A stretch of DNA of 64,000 nt from Lingula anatina (taxonomy: Eukaryota > Animalia > Brachiopoda), in the NCBI GenBank assembly GCA_051362555.1, contig CM120642.1, positions 5,766,001 through 5,830,000 of the forward strand. Direction: 5' to 3'. Below the pieces are notes generated by a model, which saw nothing but the letters and a program-made list of their open reading frames with translations, was not told the DNA's origin and ran no database searches. Both the position numbers and the translations under genes were made by a program. The stretch's first letter is position 1, and each line of letters starts with the position of its first letter. This document shows positions 49,420 to 63,585 of the stretch, piece after piece.

Positions 49420-50050
49420 CCCCGACAACTGAAGAGCTAATGTTTTTGTCACCGTTGATGCGTTTGTTTGTCTGTATACAGCATTACGCAAAAAGTCATG
49501 GGCGGATTTTGATATTTTCAGGAAAGGTCTCAAATTAAATGGCCCAAGCCAAGGAAGATACAATGTATAATTAGATTTTGGTGGTGATACATTAATTAAT
49601 TAAATAATTAATTTAATTAATTATGTACAGATTTTGATGACATTTTAGTAAAGGTCACAAGTGGACCAAGGAAGTAGCCTAGTGATTAGACTTTGGTGAT
49701 GATGCCGTAGTTAATTAATTATTTATTAAATTTCAGCATAGGTTATTGAAATTTTCATTATATAGTTCAGAAGTGGAAAAAAAGGAAATTAATAGATTTT
49801 GGTGATGATACGTTAATTATATTTTTATTTTATTTTCTGGAGAGGTCACAAATGAACCAGAGAAGAAATGCATTAATTAATTAATTATTAAAATAATTAA
49901 TTCAATTTTCAGGATAGGTTACAAATGTGCCAAGGAAGAAATTATTATATTTTGGTGATGATCAATTAAATAATGTTTTATTTAAGTAATGATTAATAAT
50001 TAGTTTGTTTATTATTTGCCTTTGTGGAGGTTGCACTGAGTGCTTTATAG
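49420..50050. mobile_element. Non-autonomous Helentron/Tsp-like repeat with tandem core units
   Basis: Short TTTG/TCTG microsatellite followed by ~4 repeats of a ~120-bp unit containing CCAAGGAAG...TTAGATTTTGGTGATGAT; reverse-orientation relative at 57315-57655. Confidence 0.55.
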
Positions 50051-51957
50051 TTTAATGTATTTTAAGATGAGATGTAACTGCCAGATATGTTGAAATGCCA
50101 CTTCGTGCCATCCATAAATCTAACTGCAATATTTCATTAAGAGATGTTGATAAACATTTTCTGAATTTTTGAGGAAAATATTAATACATACTGTATAAGC
50201 TGTAGATGTCGGTGGTGTGCACTTTCAGAGATGACACAGAAAAGAGGAAAACTGTTTAACTCTTTGTCTTCAAATTTACAGAACTAATGAATATTCATAA
50301 AATACAGGTCAAGTTTGAAAATCAGCTTGAATGGACAACTTTTTCAAAAGTTCAGCTGTTTTTTTTTTTTTTTTTTTTTTTGTCAGCATACATGCAATAC
50401 AGGTACAGTAAGTAAAAAAAACTAGTTTACCTATTGGACTCAAACTTACAAGAGTAATCAATATTAGTAAAACGTAGGTTGAGATCGAAAACCATCCTGA
50501 TCAGGTTATTTTTTGTTGAATTTATGCTGTTTTTTTTTTCAGCATATATTATACCGTAATGCAATACAGATAACACATACAAATACATTGAAAAAAATGT
50601 TTCTCAAATGCTTATTTTATTAAAATACAACATGAATAGCAAATTAAACATATACACTCAGTCTTATGAATACGAGAAAAATATATTTATGTACATTTAT
50701 AACTTATTCAGATAAAAGGCACACAGTAGATGTTTATGTTAGTAAAAATTGACATTCCTGGGAATTACAACACTTTCCCTCAACCACCAAGGTAAACCAT
50801 GTCCAAAACTGTTCACAGAATTCTTCTACCTTGCTTCTTAGTTCCAGTTTATGAGTCATTCTCGTAATAGATATAGTTGTGATAGCAAAAAAATATAATA
50901 ATAAATAATAATAATAATAATAATAGTGAAAGATAAAAAAACTAAATAAATAAACAGAACTTAAACCAGAAAAGGGCACTTATTGAACAGTATTTGAATA
51001 ATTACTTTGGTGATAAATTGAAAATAATTGAAATTTCAACAAAAATTCATTTTTTTGTCATAAAATTTTCAGACTGGTATTGTGTGCATTTCAAGCGGTA
51101 TCACCACAGCAGTGTGACCACAATATACAATAATATTATAGGGAGGTCCGTTAAGCACTAGCCTAACGTTATTATAATAATAATGCTGACGTTTGAAGAT
51201 AGATGATTAGTTACCCATCCAGTGGAACAAAAAAAATTACTTTTTTATTTCTCTCTCTCTTTCTCACACACACATACACACAAACACACACAGCAAAAAT
51301 AAAATGCAAAATCCTAATTCAAAACAATATCAAACTGTACTACCAAATGGATTTTTCAAGCAAAGATCGTAAGGGGGACTGAACGCTGTAACAAATATAA
51401 TTATGTTTGATCATTTGCTTACCAATGAAAGTGAGCATTTTGGGATTCCTATAATTAATAAGCATATCTTACAGCCCATCAAACACCATCAACATGTGAT
51501 TGCAATTTATTCAAATACCACCATATATGATTTCAACTGCAAACATATGTGATTATTTGATGGCGACTGCATGGATTCAGTCATGTTGCCATTTCTTGCA
51601 CATTATTTGTAATAATTTTAATTTAATAATTATGTATATATGTTTAATGTTTATTTTTTTATTTGATTTTGTGCAATGCATTCAACGATTCATTGTTCTG
51701 AACATTTGGAAATACCACAACAATTACAACAATTACTCAAACCTCCAAACTGTGTCAAAACTGAAGATGGCATTTTGTTGTCTGAAAATGGTGTGTATTT
51801 TGAGTTTGTTTGTTCAATCTAGCCTGCTTTAAAACAGATGAATTTTTGAGAGTGCAGTCTGCGGTTTGTGTTTCTAAAGATTAGTGGCCATCTAATACGC
51901 AAACCCACAACTCTTTGTTGCCAAGTTAGAAACCCTTCCCTACTGCACAAAGATACT

Positions 51958-54900
51958 CTAAGCATCGGGATAAAATTTCTGAATGGAAAAAGGAACACTG
52001 GACCACTTCTTCCTCGATTTCTTTACACCTTGTTCCTCAGTGTAAAAAGCGCTAATTTTTAAACAAGGGTAACCATACGACTGCAACGTGTTACCCCAGT
52101 CTTGTTCACATTCTTTGCAGTGGATCTTCTTAATACCGAGTGCGCTCTTTTTAGGTTCATGATGATCTCGGAAAAGAACATGATTGGAAGCGAAGTCAGG
52201 ATCTGGATTGATGTGGGCGGTTTCGATCTTGCGGATATCAGAGAGCTTGCATACTCGCTTACCACATGGTCCTTTGCAGATAAGATTTATGTCATCAGTG
52301 CGGATTTTCTTTTTCTGTTCCTCCATCATCTCCCACCTTTGTTTTCTTCTGTGGGCATCTTCATGCTGCATGTTGTTGATCTTCTGCAACATATGTTCTG
52401 GAGGTATTTGCTGTATTCTAGCAACGGCCATTTTTGTGAGCTGTTCTAATAAAACATTCACTTCATGCTTCGCTGTTGTGTTTGCCGCACCGATAACTGC
52501 GATGGTACTTTTCGTTGCGCGTGCACGTCCACGTGCCTGAATACTGTATACGTCATCAAACATGTGATCGTAGATAACAACCGTGCCGCAATTGGACTCA
52601 TGAAGTCCTTCCCCTCCAACACTTGTACTAATCAATACTTTTGTTTCTCCCGATTTAAATTTCTTTAGAACGGCATCCTGCTCGCCATATGACATCCCGC
52701 CTTTCTCGTTTGAAGTATTGGTTCCAAAAAGAACGTCAGCATTGACCTCTTTCAAATCTGTGTCACTGTTTATCCAAACTTTCATGGCCTCTGCTGTCTT
52801 TTTTGTCTTGACGAATATTATAGCTGTAAATTATTTGAAATTAATTTTGATTTGTATTGCACTATTTAAGATGTCAAAGAATATAATGGGTAGACTGAGT
52901 AGAGACGTCTCGAGTTTCAGTATCCGTCTTCCCCGGTGCCATCTGAAACTCGGGGTGAATTCACGTTAAATTTCAATCCAACTGATTTAGTTTTCAACGT
53001 GCAGGTCTGAACTCGCCACTATTTTTTTTACATTTAGCATAAGTTGTGGTATACTGTATATTGTAGCCTACCTCTATTTCCTTCGCATTTCATCTGACTA
53101 GTAAGAATCTGTTCTTTCAGAATCTTCAGTTTCGGGGGTGTTTTTTCTTTTGACGCAAAAGATCTCAATTGTTGCACATTATCTGTAAAAAAAAATGAAG
53201 TTTTAAATTCGATTTGGCATGAGAAAGAAACTGATCTGCCATCATTTTCAACTGTGTATAGTGGGGCTTTCTCTGCAAAAAAGAGCAGCTTTTTACTTTA
53301 GTGTTGCCCGCAAGAAAATGCAGTAGTATCGAAGTAGCAAAGAAGCATTAACGCAGTAGTGGTGTGGAGCATATTTGCAGTAGAAATGCAGTATAGCCTA
53401 CTGCAATTCTACTTCAAAAATTACATAGGGTTGTACAGAGGAGGAGCATTAATGCAGTAGATTAGCAGCATGATAGAAGCATGTTTCAAATATGCTAATT
53501 AGCTCCCACATCGAAGCAGATTTGAAGCATGTTTGCAGTATGATTGCAGTAGTCTACTGCGCTGGAGTATCTACTTCGTTTTCGTGCGGGTGGTTTTGAA
53601 TATGTTTACACTGCAGTGCTGCAGCTTTAATGTGTAAGTAATGCTGATCAATCATAAATATCTTTTATTCATAAACCAAACAAAATGCTTTAAAGTAACA
53701 AAACTGGTAGTACTACTGGTACATGCATATGTCCCACTGTTGAGAGAATTCTGTTGTTTTTTAATTGTGCATCTTCTTAGATATATATAACAATATGAGT
53801 GTTGCATACCTTCAAAATACGTCAGTAGTCTTTTTTCCATTTCTACAAAACCACTCTCCCTTTTATTGCGTTCCATATCATTATAGAAGACCTTCAGACA
53901 CCAAAGTGCATCTTCCATTCGCATCGAGCTACAAAACTCTATCGCTGAAACATAAGGCTATCTGTAAATGTTCTGACATTAAATTTTTTTATGCAAGCCT
54001 CATAAAATTGTTATGACAAAACAATGGTCCCCAAACAAGTTAGCACCTTTGTAAATAGAGACAAATGACACCAATATGAAGTCTTTCAAGGTACCTGCTG
54101 TCACTTAAGATGGTTTAGATTGAGTTTAAGCTATGTAAAGTCTGCTCAAACTCTATTTCAAATTTGAAAAGCAGCCGCCTAAGATTAATTCTCATTTTGA
54201 GTTCGAGCATTTTTGCTTTTGTTGGAGTAATTCCAACAACATTTGCAACATTAAATACTACTTAACGGAGTAAGATGTATTTTAAAGGCCATCTTTCTTT
54301 CATTTCTCTATAACCAGACTACCTTTTAGACGCACTACAAAGATGTACCGGGTAATGACATTGTAAAAGACACACGTGGATATCGAGCATATTTTAACTG
54401 GACTAATACAAATCAAGATACCAATGACAAGTATTTCACGTATTATTCTTACCATTGTTATATTCATACAAATGATCCAAACACAGGAGGCTTTCCAGGG
54501 TGTTAGGACCGTCGTCTTCAAGGAAGGCCTTTTTCTTTTCCTCTACAAATGACATGTATCTCTGTGTACCTTTAGTAATGTCCGAAGAAATTTGGATCCA
54601 ACTTTCTATCTGAGTCATCATGGCTGCCAAATGGTCATTGAATGGATTCTCTCGTTCCTGCACCTCAACACAAACCTGTTCTAAGGGTTCCAGTTTCCTT
54701 TGGCTTAATTCGTCCAGGTTGTCCTTCACCGTGACAATGCGGCGGGCGTCTAGATTAGCACAAAGCTTAAGAATGTGCTTTTCAACACTTTCAGCGACTG
54801 GTCGTCTTCCCCCTCCAGGGCTGGCGGTCAGCCCAACGATCTGTGGTAACTTTCCCTCCCCAGTTTCACCTAGCATCAACTTCTGTTCGATGTAAAATGA

Positions 54901-57900
54901 CATGATTTGATTGTAAGGGTGGTCATTGTCTGCCTTGCAGTGATGGCACTCATCAAAGATGATTAGGGAGAAATCCATAATACTAACATCCTTCGACTCC
55001 AGTGAATCTTTCAAAATGTTGTCAACGACTATAATGACGTCTTTGCGCTGGACAAGTAGACTCAATGGCGTATTCGAGTTTGACCCACCGCTGCGTTTGC
55101 CAGTGCTCCATAGTGGCATGTATTTTTTGAAGTGTTTGAAGGTTTGTTGCAGAAGGGTAAACCGTCTGGTAACAAAGGCCACTTTGGGTACCTTGGAACT
55201 ATGTGTGTTCATGACTGCTTTAAGTTCAGTAGCGTCCTCAATATGACTGCTGCAAAGAACAGCAGGTACAGTCTGGTAAGATGGTCTGCTAGAGTTGACA
55301 AGTGTTTTCAGTCGAGTATATATAACCTCGTCCGAAGCTTTGGGCACAGTATTCTGCAATGAGGTCGCCGCAGTTTTCAATTCAGTTAAGTCATCATCTC
55401 TGCCTGAAGTTGCCGCAGTCATTGTAGAAGCACATCTCTTCTCGAGGTGGTTTTTGGCAATCATTAAAGCCACGACGGTTTTTCCGCTGTTTGGCGGAGC
55501 ATAGATAATGCAGTTCAGCCCATCCATCGCCGGCTTAGCAAGTTCTTTCTGGTACTTTCTTGGTGTCAGTACTTCTGGCTTGATGCTATATTAAAGACGA
55601 ATGTTTTAATTCATTAACTTCACGCATGAGTAATTTCATTTGGAGATATGATATGATATGATTATACATAACATGTAAATAAGCCAGTGATATATATCGT
55701 ATATGCTTGTGTGTATGTGTGAATTTTTCTAAGCAGGCAAATTACCAAAGACTTTTATTATGTAAATTAAGTTTGTTACCAAATCCGTGACATAGATTCA
55801 CGATTATGCCTTAGGGGTGATGTAAGGGTAATTTATCATCCAGATTTCAAAAATGTTTTTTCCTGCATCTAATAATTCAATATGCATCTACCTCTGTGCT
55901 GACTTAAAACAAAAAAAACCCAAAATATGAAATAACTGCGTTTATATTTCTCGTTGCTGTTATTAGCAAAGGCAACTCTAAGCTTTTATCGTCAATTTAA
56001 CTTTTTATTTTTAGGTTAGATTGCAATCGGTATGGGTGTCATACAATTGGTGCTTGATTGGTGTTCGTGGGTGCGCAGGTAAAGGAGAAATTAGAGAAAT
56101 CGATTTTTCAATTTTTACCCCTAAATTACAATTATGACGTCACCTGTCAAATTGATTTAGTCACTAAACACTGAAGATTTATCTGTTACCCAAAAGAATG
56201 TTTTTGGCAAACGCTCACCGTATCCTAATTTTGTTCATAACTCTGACAATGTACACCATTCAATAAGGTCATGTAAGAAATACAAATGTATATAATTGTC
56301 AAAACAAGAGGCATATGTGTGATGTATCATTGTAAAAGCAAATGCATATGTAGTACCTGATTGGTGATTCAAGTGATGGTTCAGAATCCAGTTTAATTTT
56401 TTTCCAAGGAACTTCCTCGAGCATCGAAGACATATCTGTATGAGGCTGCTCAGATTTGCTTTTCCCATTGCCTAATGAATAAGAATTGGCTAAATTATCT
56501 GTGGAGATAACCCATATACTCGTGTGAAGGGTGTTTAAATATGTCTTTGTCCTAATGGCCTTCCAACAATAAGCAAAACGTTTCACAGCATTCATATAAA
56601 GAAGCACCCATGAACATTTGGTTTTAAAGAAAAGGTTTTACGAAGTTGCATAAATGGCTATTATATACATGGATATGAGCGCCATACCTGGGAAGAAGTA
56701 CATTTTCTTGCATAATGTATGTGTGACTTCCGACATCTGCTTCTTTTTTTTTGACGTCGATAATCGGGAAACGTGACTGTTAACCTAAAGATTGTACATA
56801 CACATAATCAGTATGTACATTACACATATGCAATAGGTATAAAATGAAAACTAGAATGCAAAGCTGGCAAATACACGTAACGGGTACTGTACTTAGAAAT
56901 TTAGCAGAGAAAACACATACTTCAACAATATTTACAACAAGAACTTCTGCAAAAGTGCAATCATGCCAAATTTAAGAAGAAATCTGCCTTTTAATCAAAC
57001 AAAGACCCCCAAAAAATTAAAATGGAATTCAATATACAGTTTGCCAGTTATAGGGTGAACAACCTTTGTGTCGTTCGGCGACGATGTCACGAACAGACCC
57101 AGTGCTAAGAATGAATATGGACACAACCAGTGGCTTAATATAAAAATTTTCACTCTATCTGCTGCCTTCCTAAAATTGGTTTTCACACCAACAAAAACCA
57201 TACGTTAAAGCAATTCAATTTAACAACTACTTCGTATATGCCTTGATACTACACTAAAATCAAATATTGGGGAGGGGGGGTCAAACAAGTATCCAGTTTA
57301 TGAAGAAAGCGCAGACCTCCGCCAAGGCAGCAAAGTCTCATTCTATAATGGTTTAGTTTTTTATTTTTGATTATTGATTGATTATTGATCCGGATCACCA
57401 CCACAAACTAATCATCTGTTCCTTGGCCCACTTCTGACATTTCATCAAAATCGGTCCATAACTTATTTTTTTGATTTTTGCTTTTTGATTATCGATTGAT
57501 TAGTGATCCAGATCACCACCAAAAACTAATCACTTCTAAGTTAACCCATTTCTGACCTACCCTGAAAATTCCATCGACATTCATCCATCACTTTTTGAGT
57601 TATGTTGATGACAAATAAACAGGGGTGAAAACATAACCCCCATGGCGGAGGTAATTATTGGGAAAAAAGAACTGATGTCAAGCATGTTAAATTCTGGGGA
57701 CAACAGAAAAATGACCAAGGGTCAAAAGGTAGCTTTATTACTATGCGTTGCTGCGTAAATTTGTTCGATGTGATTGGTGGAAAATTGTTTTACACGACAA
57801 TATCTATTTGACGCATTATCAGGCATAGACCAAGTGCCGAGTGACCTACATGTAGTTTTGTCAGGAGATAGCTAAAGGCTGAAGCAAACAGAAGACAGAA

Positions 57901-60900
57901 ATGTTAACATTAATAAGCAGGATGTATAAACTATCTTCAGGGTTTATATAATTCCTGTAGTTGGACTTCATTATATATTCAACAAAATTTCTAACAAAAT
58001 AATTAGGCCTGACAACACAAGTTTTTCATGGGCCTCTTATGCTGTTACATTCCGTATCTCCCCTAATAACTGACTGCAACTTATGTTGTACATCACCTTT
58101 GTTAACATCGATCCCACGTCCTCCTTACATGCATGTTGACTGAAAACTTTAACTATGGCTTGGATGAACCACGTGCCCTTCTGTCTCGTTCGATATGAAA
58201 CATATTCTGAAAACATATATATAGAAAATTAATCAGCGTTGAAAAATACCAGAACAAATTTATATGCGTCCGTCACATAGTTGCATTGCTAAAATCTAAT
58301 ATGTCTAATCAGCCCCCCCCCCCCCTGGGATTTGAGGTGCAAAAAAAATCGCAAAGGTGAAAAAAAATTGCAAAGTTGGTATCAATTCTGTGAGAAAATG
58401 CACTCATGGCCACTAGACAATCATTCAACAATCTGTTTACAAAGTTGTACTGTTTTTAGCCAACTCAGTTCATGCTAAAAAGCTCACCCTCCCATAGGGA
58501 GCTATCCCCCAGGCTGTTATCAGGTTATTGTTTACCCTGACTGTTTGCCCAACAAAGCTGGGAGGGCTGTTTTGAGCCTGCAGAGAACAGGTTGTATGGC
58601 CGTATCAGTATGTGGGATCAGTTTACATGGTGTTTAGCCTGGTCATGATGTAAACTGCCCCACAGCCTGTGCACAATAGCAAGAAACGTTATTCCTGATC
58701 CTTAGACAATCTGCGAAATGAAGTCCAATTGGCGTGCTGTGTTGAAAAAATGACTTTACTTATGGCAAAATGAACCCACAATTTCTGACTTCTGATTGAG
58801 CAATAAATAACAATTTTAACTTTGAACTTTTAAAAAATGCACCAGAATGCAGTATTATACATACAGTTTTTCAAAATTTTCCACACCGTCAGAGGGAGAC
58901 ACCCCCTCCCCCTCGGGGGCTCAGGCTACGGCCCTGCTAATACGAACAAAAGTCGCCATTTCCGCATTTTATACCTTAAATGTGTTTGCTTTGTTGCACA
59001 TTCTACGTGTTGTATTGTTGGGATGATTAAAAGAAACGGTATTACCATAGCCTGATAATAAAATCAAAACAAGAAAACCATTTTTTACCCTCTGTCGTCG
59101 CTTTGGCAATGAGTATATCACTTTTAGTTGGAAGGATGACTTTTCCATGTGTTTCAGCATCCACGTACAACATATCTCCGACGCCTGCAGTAGCTTTACA
59201 TGTAAACAAATTTATAACGCTATGATTTTTAATATGATATAGGACATACAATATGTATATACAGTATTAGCAAATTTCCACACCGAAAAGAGTTAAAATA
59301 TAGTGTAAACTAAGATAAAATTAGGCTAGGTTGGTTGAGGAGAGGCGACTAAAAGGGTAGGTAGACGGAATTTATTATTTGCAGCTAGATTTTTGGGGTC
59401 TGTCGGGGTTTCTAAGGAGGTGTCACAGTGTGGGCAATTTTGAGCATAGAAACAGCAGAAAGGTTTGTCCAATAGTCAATTTTTTACAGTTGCCAAAACA
59501 ATGCCCCTTAGAAAAAGTCAAAGCTTTGTGGACAGGTAATTCTTTGCTAAAATCCTATGATAATTGCATTTCAAGTTTATTCTTCTTTTCGTGGCAGTAT
59601 CCAAAAGGGAAAATCATTTAACAAGTTGCAAGTACATGTAGAATGTATATATAGCTTACAATATTATAATGGTATCTTATAGCAACAGAGAAAACACAAC
59701 AGCAATCGTTCGAGCCATATTTCACACATGCTTATATTCTCCAGAGAATGAAAAGATTATAGACTTGGCCTGCGTAAATAAGAAAGATATGTTACCGGGC
59801 GAATCCGTGATCTCTTCACTTTCCCCTTCATCGGTGCAGATAGCACCGTCGTCCGTCTTGTCTGGAAACATTAAAACCCCGCTTTTACTCAGTTATTGAT
59901 TACAGAATATTTTTGAGTTTAATTGTCAATCACATGCATTTAGGATGTAAGTGTCACAAAGAAAGCATTCTTGTATCTGCTACTCGAGTTTGAAACCTAG
60001 GAACAATCTAAATTTCTCACAATAATGAAACAAGTGCACAATTTAGTTGTTCCTTTCTTATAATAATCTGACTGAAATTGACCCCTTTCTACTATTGCAG
60101 GATTTTCCTCATTTTAAACAGTATAAATAGTGTGAAATGAAATAGTATAAATTGCCATGGAAAGAAAAGTTTATCTTGAAGACGCCAAGAAATAAACAAA
60201 AAAATGGAAGAGGAACTTACTTCCTTGGCATGCCTGAATGAAGAATAATTTTGGTTTCCCTCCTAATCCGGGGCACGATTGGTTATCAAAAGGGCTTAGA
60301 ATCTCCTGATATTTTACAGATTCAGAATCTGTTCCGCGTACAATCTCTTTTTCTCCGTGGCTGAGAATTACACACACGAACGAGTCAAAGGATTTGTGTT
60401 CAGGATTTAGACTTTCTTCTTTTAAGGCTTCTTTGATATCCTGTTTAAAGAAAAAAAGGCTTGTACACTGTGGTTATCTTGGAAAAGTTTTTTACATATG
60501 TATATTTTCTTTTACGTGTTTTTTAATATTCTTAATCGATAAATATTAAATATCAATTGCAACTTAATTAAAATGTGAAGCGTTTGGTTGCAAGTCACTG
60601 AACATTTTCGTCCTAAACCTTCACCCGGAAGAGAATATTTTTACAAATTTAACCAAAAACAAAAATCCAAGATCATATTGAACATAAAATGATAAATCAT
60701 ATAAAATAATACATAGTTTAGTCTCATCCAATTACTATGGATGACTTTGAAGCTATAAAAATCTGAAGTTCGAAACATTTTTGACCACGCGATACATAAA
60801 CATTTATATCTTGAGAATTATTATCAAGCATGATAATCAGAATGGTTTGTTTTTGAGAAAAGCAAAATCAAAGTTTGTTACATTTTTATCTTCTCGATGC

Positions 60901-63585
60901 ATACACAGGGGCGGATCCGAATTATATAAGGGGTCCGAAACGACAGGTCTCTGTTGTGAAGCCGACTATCGCCCCCTTGGTGTGGGGTTCGGGACCGGCT
61001 GAAGGACAGAAGTTGGAGGTATAGCTAACACGCAATTTGGTAACATATGTAACGGTACCAAATTGCGTTTATATTGTTATTGTTGTTTACGCTGTTAGTT
61101 GTCTGTCGGCGCAACTATGTGAGTGTGTGCAGCGTCATGCATGCGGGAACGTTTGTTTCAACGTTGCACATTCCTCTTTGTTAATTTGTCATACCGATTT
61201 TAATATCCATCGTTACATACGTTACCTGTGTTTTTATCATTAATAACTGTTAGCTGATTCCAACTACTGGTGAGCCAACACCTATCTGCATATTATGTTA
61301 CCATAAAATAGAAATGGGACAAAAGAGGGAAGTTGTCTTCAAACGATTTGTAAAAATCATTCACATGATACATACGTCACCAGGGGCTGATCCAAGATTA
61401 TTTGAAGGGGGGGGGGGTCCGGAACGACAGGCCTCTGGTGCAAAGCCGACCATCGTCCCCTTGGTGTGGTGTTCGGGCGGTGTACCTAATTACCGTCCAC
61501 AACTGAGGTGGGTAAGGGTCGACCTCTCTGACCCCCCTTCTAAATCCGCCATTGCATACATATTATCATGTATATTTTAGAGGCTAATTTTTGAAAAAAA
61601 TTCAAAGTTCGGAATATTTTTATTTTCTACCTGACTCATCATACTGGGTACCTGTGCTTTTAAATCGTGTTTGACTACGAACTTATAGTGTAGTCCCGTA
61701 AACAATTTCTCCAACATGGCGACGTCTCGTTCTGTCCCAAATCGATCGCTCCTCCCGCCAAAATGTTTGTTGTTTATGACTAATACTCTGCCCCTTGGTG
61801 ACGATGTGTTCTTGTAATTCTGCAAAGAAAATAGGGTTGAGATATATATTATCAGTAGGCCCTATGATTGCTTAGAAGCAGGTACGTCGTATAATAACCG
61901 CAACGCATTCAGAGAGAGAGAGACAGAAGGAGCGAGAGAGAGAGATGTCTACTCAGCATCCACTGTGATTTTTATTTCCATTTGTAACACAGATCCTTAA
62001 AATAGAGAAAACTGAAATGACCCTATCTTAAATCAATTTTATAGATTTTACCTCTTCAAAATCTGTACTGTGTTCTCTATAAAACGATTCTGAGCAAGGG
62101 GGGATTTCCAACCCAATGTTTTCGTCTCCATCTGAATAACATAAAATTCTTTCATGTGCCATGTTAAACATCAGTCATTTGTGAATAAACCCAATTGGAA
62201 GTCAAAAATTATGATTTTTCAGTAAGTTTCATTTATGCAAAATCATAGATCCAATAACTGATGAGATAATAGCATTCAACCTTACTGAAATAAAGCTAAA
62301 ACGTACCAATATCCTCGCTCCCAGAGCTCTCCCATTCCCCCTCGTCCATATCTCGCCGACTTTCCTGAAACTCTTCAAAAAATCAAAAGCTGTATCATTT
62401 CCATAAATAGAGGCATTCATATGCACATCGCACCATGAAACAGACGATAATTGCAGAAATTTAAACTTCACAACTCAATTCCTTATTTTGTCCTTTCGTT
62501 CTCAACAAGAATGTGATTAACATGGATTTTCAAGGCAGTAGAAACAGTAATCAGGACTAATTAACCTCAAGGTGGTGTTTCGTTTATCTTAACTTACCAT
62601 TTTTCAAAGCCACGGCTAATTGCTTAAAAACTTTGTCACCCGCCTGTCGTAAAGCCTGAACGAGATCATGAAACCAGGACTTGCGTGACGGCAGGTTGTT
62701 CAGAATATCCAGTATCCGTCCAAGCGTTTCCTGCTGCGTTGAAGGACTTTCAGTACTATTGCCAACAAGGTTCGCTAGCACCGTGAACAAGCGTTCTCTT
62801 TGGACACCATTAAGTTTAGGGATTTTATATTTGCGTATTTCTCTTAGTACGCGGTCCTCTGGCTCCTCTTTAACGATGATATCCGCTCTAGAATTTTCTT
62901 TGAAATAAAAAACACATCACAGGTTCAGAATAAAAAGCAACCATTAACCAATTTGGTAACTGAGATGTGTTGCTAAACAACAATTATAGAATAGATTCCT
63001 AACAATAATAATTTATTCTGTTGACACATACCAGTAAAATATACAGCAAAGATTTATTTTTGTCAGAGCTCTCAAAAGTGAAATATGAAATTATTTAAGT
63101 TAAAGATGTGAAAATAAAATGATTAATCTTCCGAAGAGCCGCTTAGTATATCTTGTACGCCATCAGTTATTTTCTTTATGAAGTTCAACATTTGCTATTT
63201 TAGAATAATTCCTTGGATCATATGAAAAGGTAACCGTCTCTCCAACTTGGAGACTAAAAATAAAAATGTCCGTTATGAAGTCTTAGCTTTTAAATATTAG
63301 ACCATTCTTTTGTCTACCCCGACTCATGATAATACTGCACTTGCTGTATATAACAAGAAATACATAGATTACATTACACTATTAGGCCTACTTTATTTAG
63401 GTGAACTACATGTAGGCCTTTTACATTTATCTTGAACTAAAGTAGATCGAGTTCTCGGTCCAAATATTTAAACCAATCTTTCGGTTAAAGTTTCATTTGG
63501 TGACAAGGAGAGCTTTCAATAAACAAATGTTCTTACCTTCAGAGGAAAACGTTTGTGGCTCTTCCATCGATTCAACCGAAGCCAT
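51958..63585 (-). CDS. CARD-like + caspase + RIG-I-like helicase + CTD fusion protein, copy 2 (~1203 aa, 15 coding exons)
   Basis: Exons 63585-63537,62897-62598,62372-62307,62131-62052,61819-61652,60440-60221,59861-59796,59184-59089,58206-58097,56784-56688,56471-56357,55585-54453,53944-53810,53182-53072,52823-51958; same phases as copy 1, 3612 nt. SHG, QACQG, DECHH and QARGRAR are all intact. A 5' UTR exon probably lies beyond the window. Confidence 0.9.
53307..53590. mobile_element. CMC/EnSpm-like MITE (CCC termini, 2-bp TG TSD)
   Basis: TG|CCCGCAAGAAAATGCAGTAG ... CTACTTCGTTTTCGTGCGGG|TG, with internal GCAGTAG/GAAGCAT repeats. Confidence 0.65.
57315..57655. mobile_element. Helentron/Tsp-like repeat, reverse orientation
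   Basis: ACCTCCGCCAAGG ... 2 core units GATC..GATCACCACCA.AAACTAATC ... CCATGGCGGAGGT. Confidence 0.55.
60906..61554. mobile_element. Composite CAGGGGCGGATC-type MITE with 6-bp TSD
   Basis: CATACA|CAGGGGCGGATCC ... TAAATCCGCCATTG|CATACA; a second 5' end lies inside at 61381; a related fragment starts at ~4163. Confidence 0.75.

Noticed and set aside
37810-55504. Plus-strand ORFs overlapping the helicase exons
   Set aside because: Antisense shadows with no motifs; their recurrence reflects the gene duplication.
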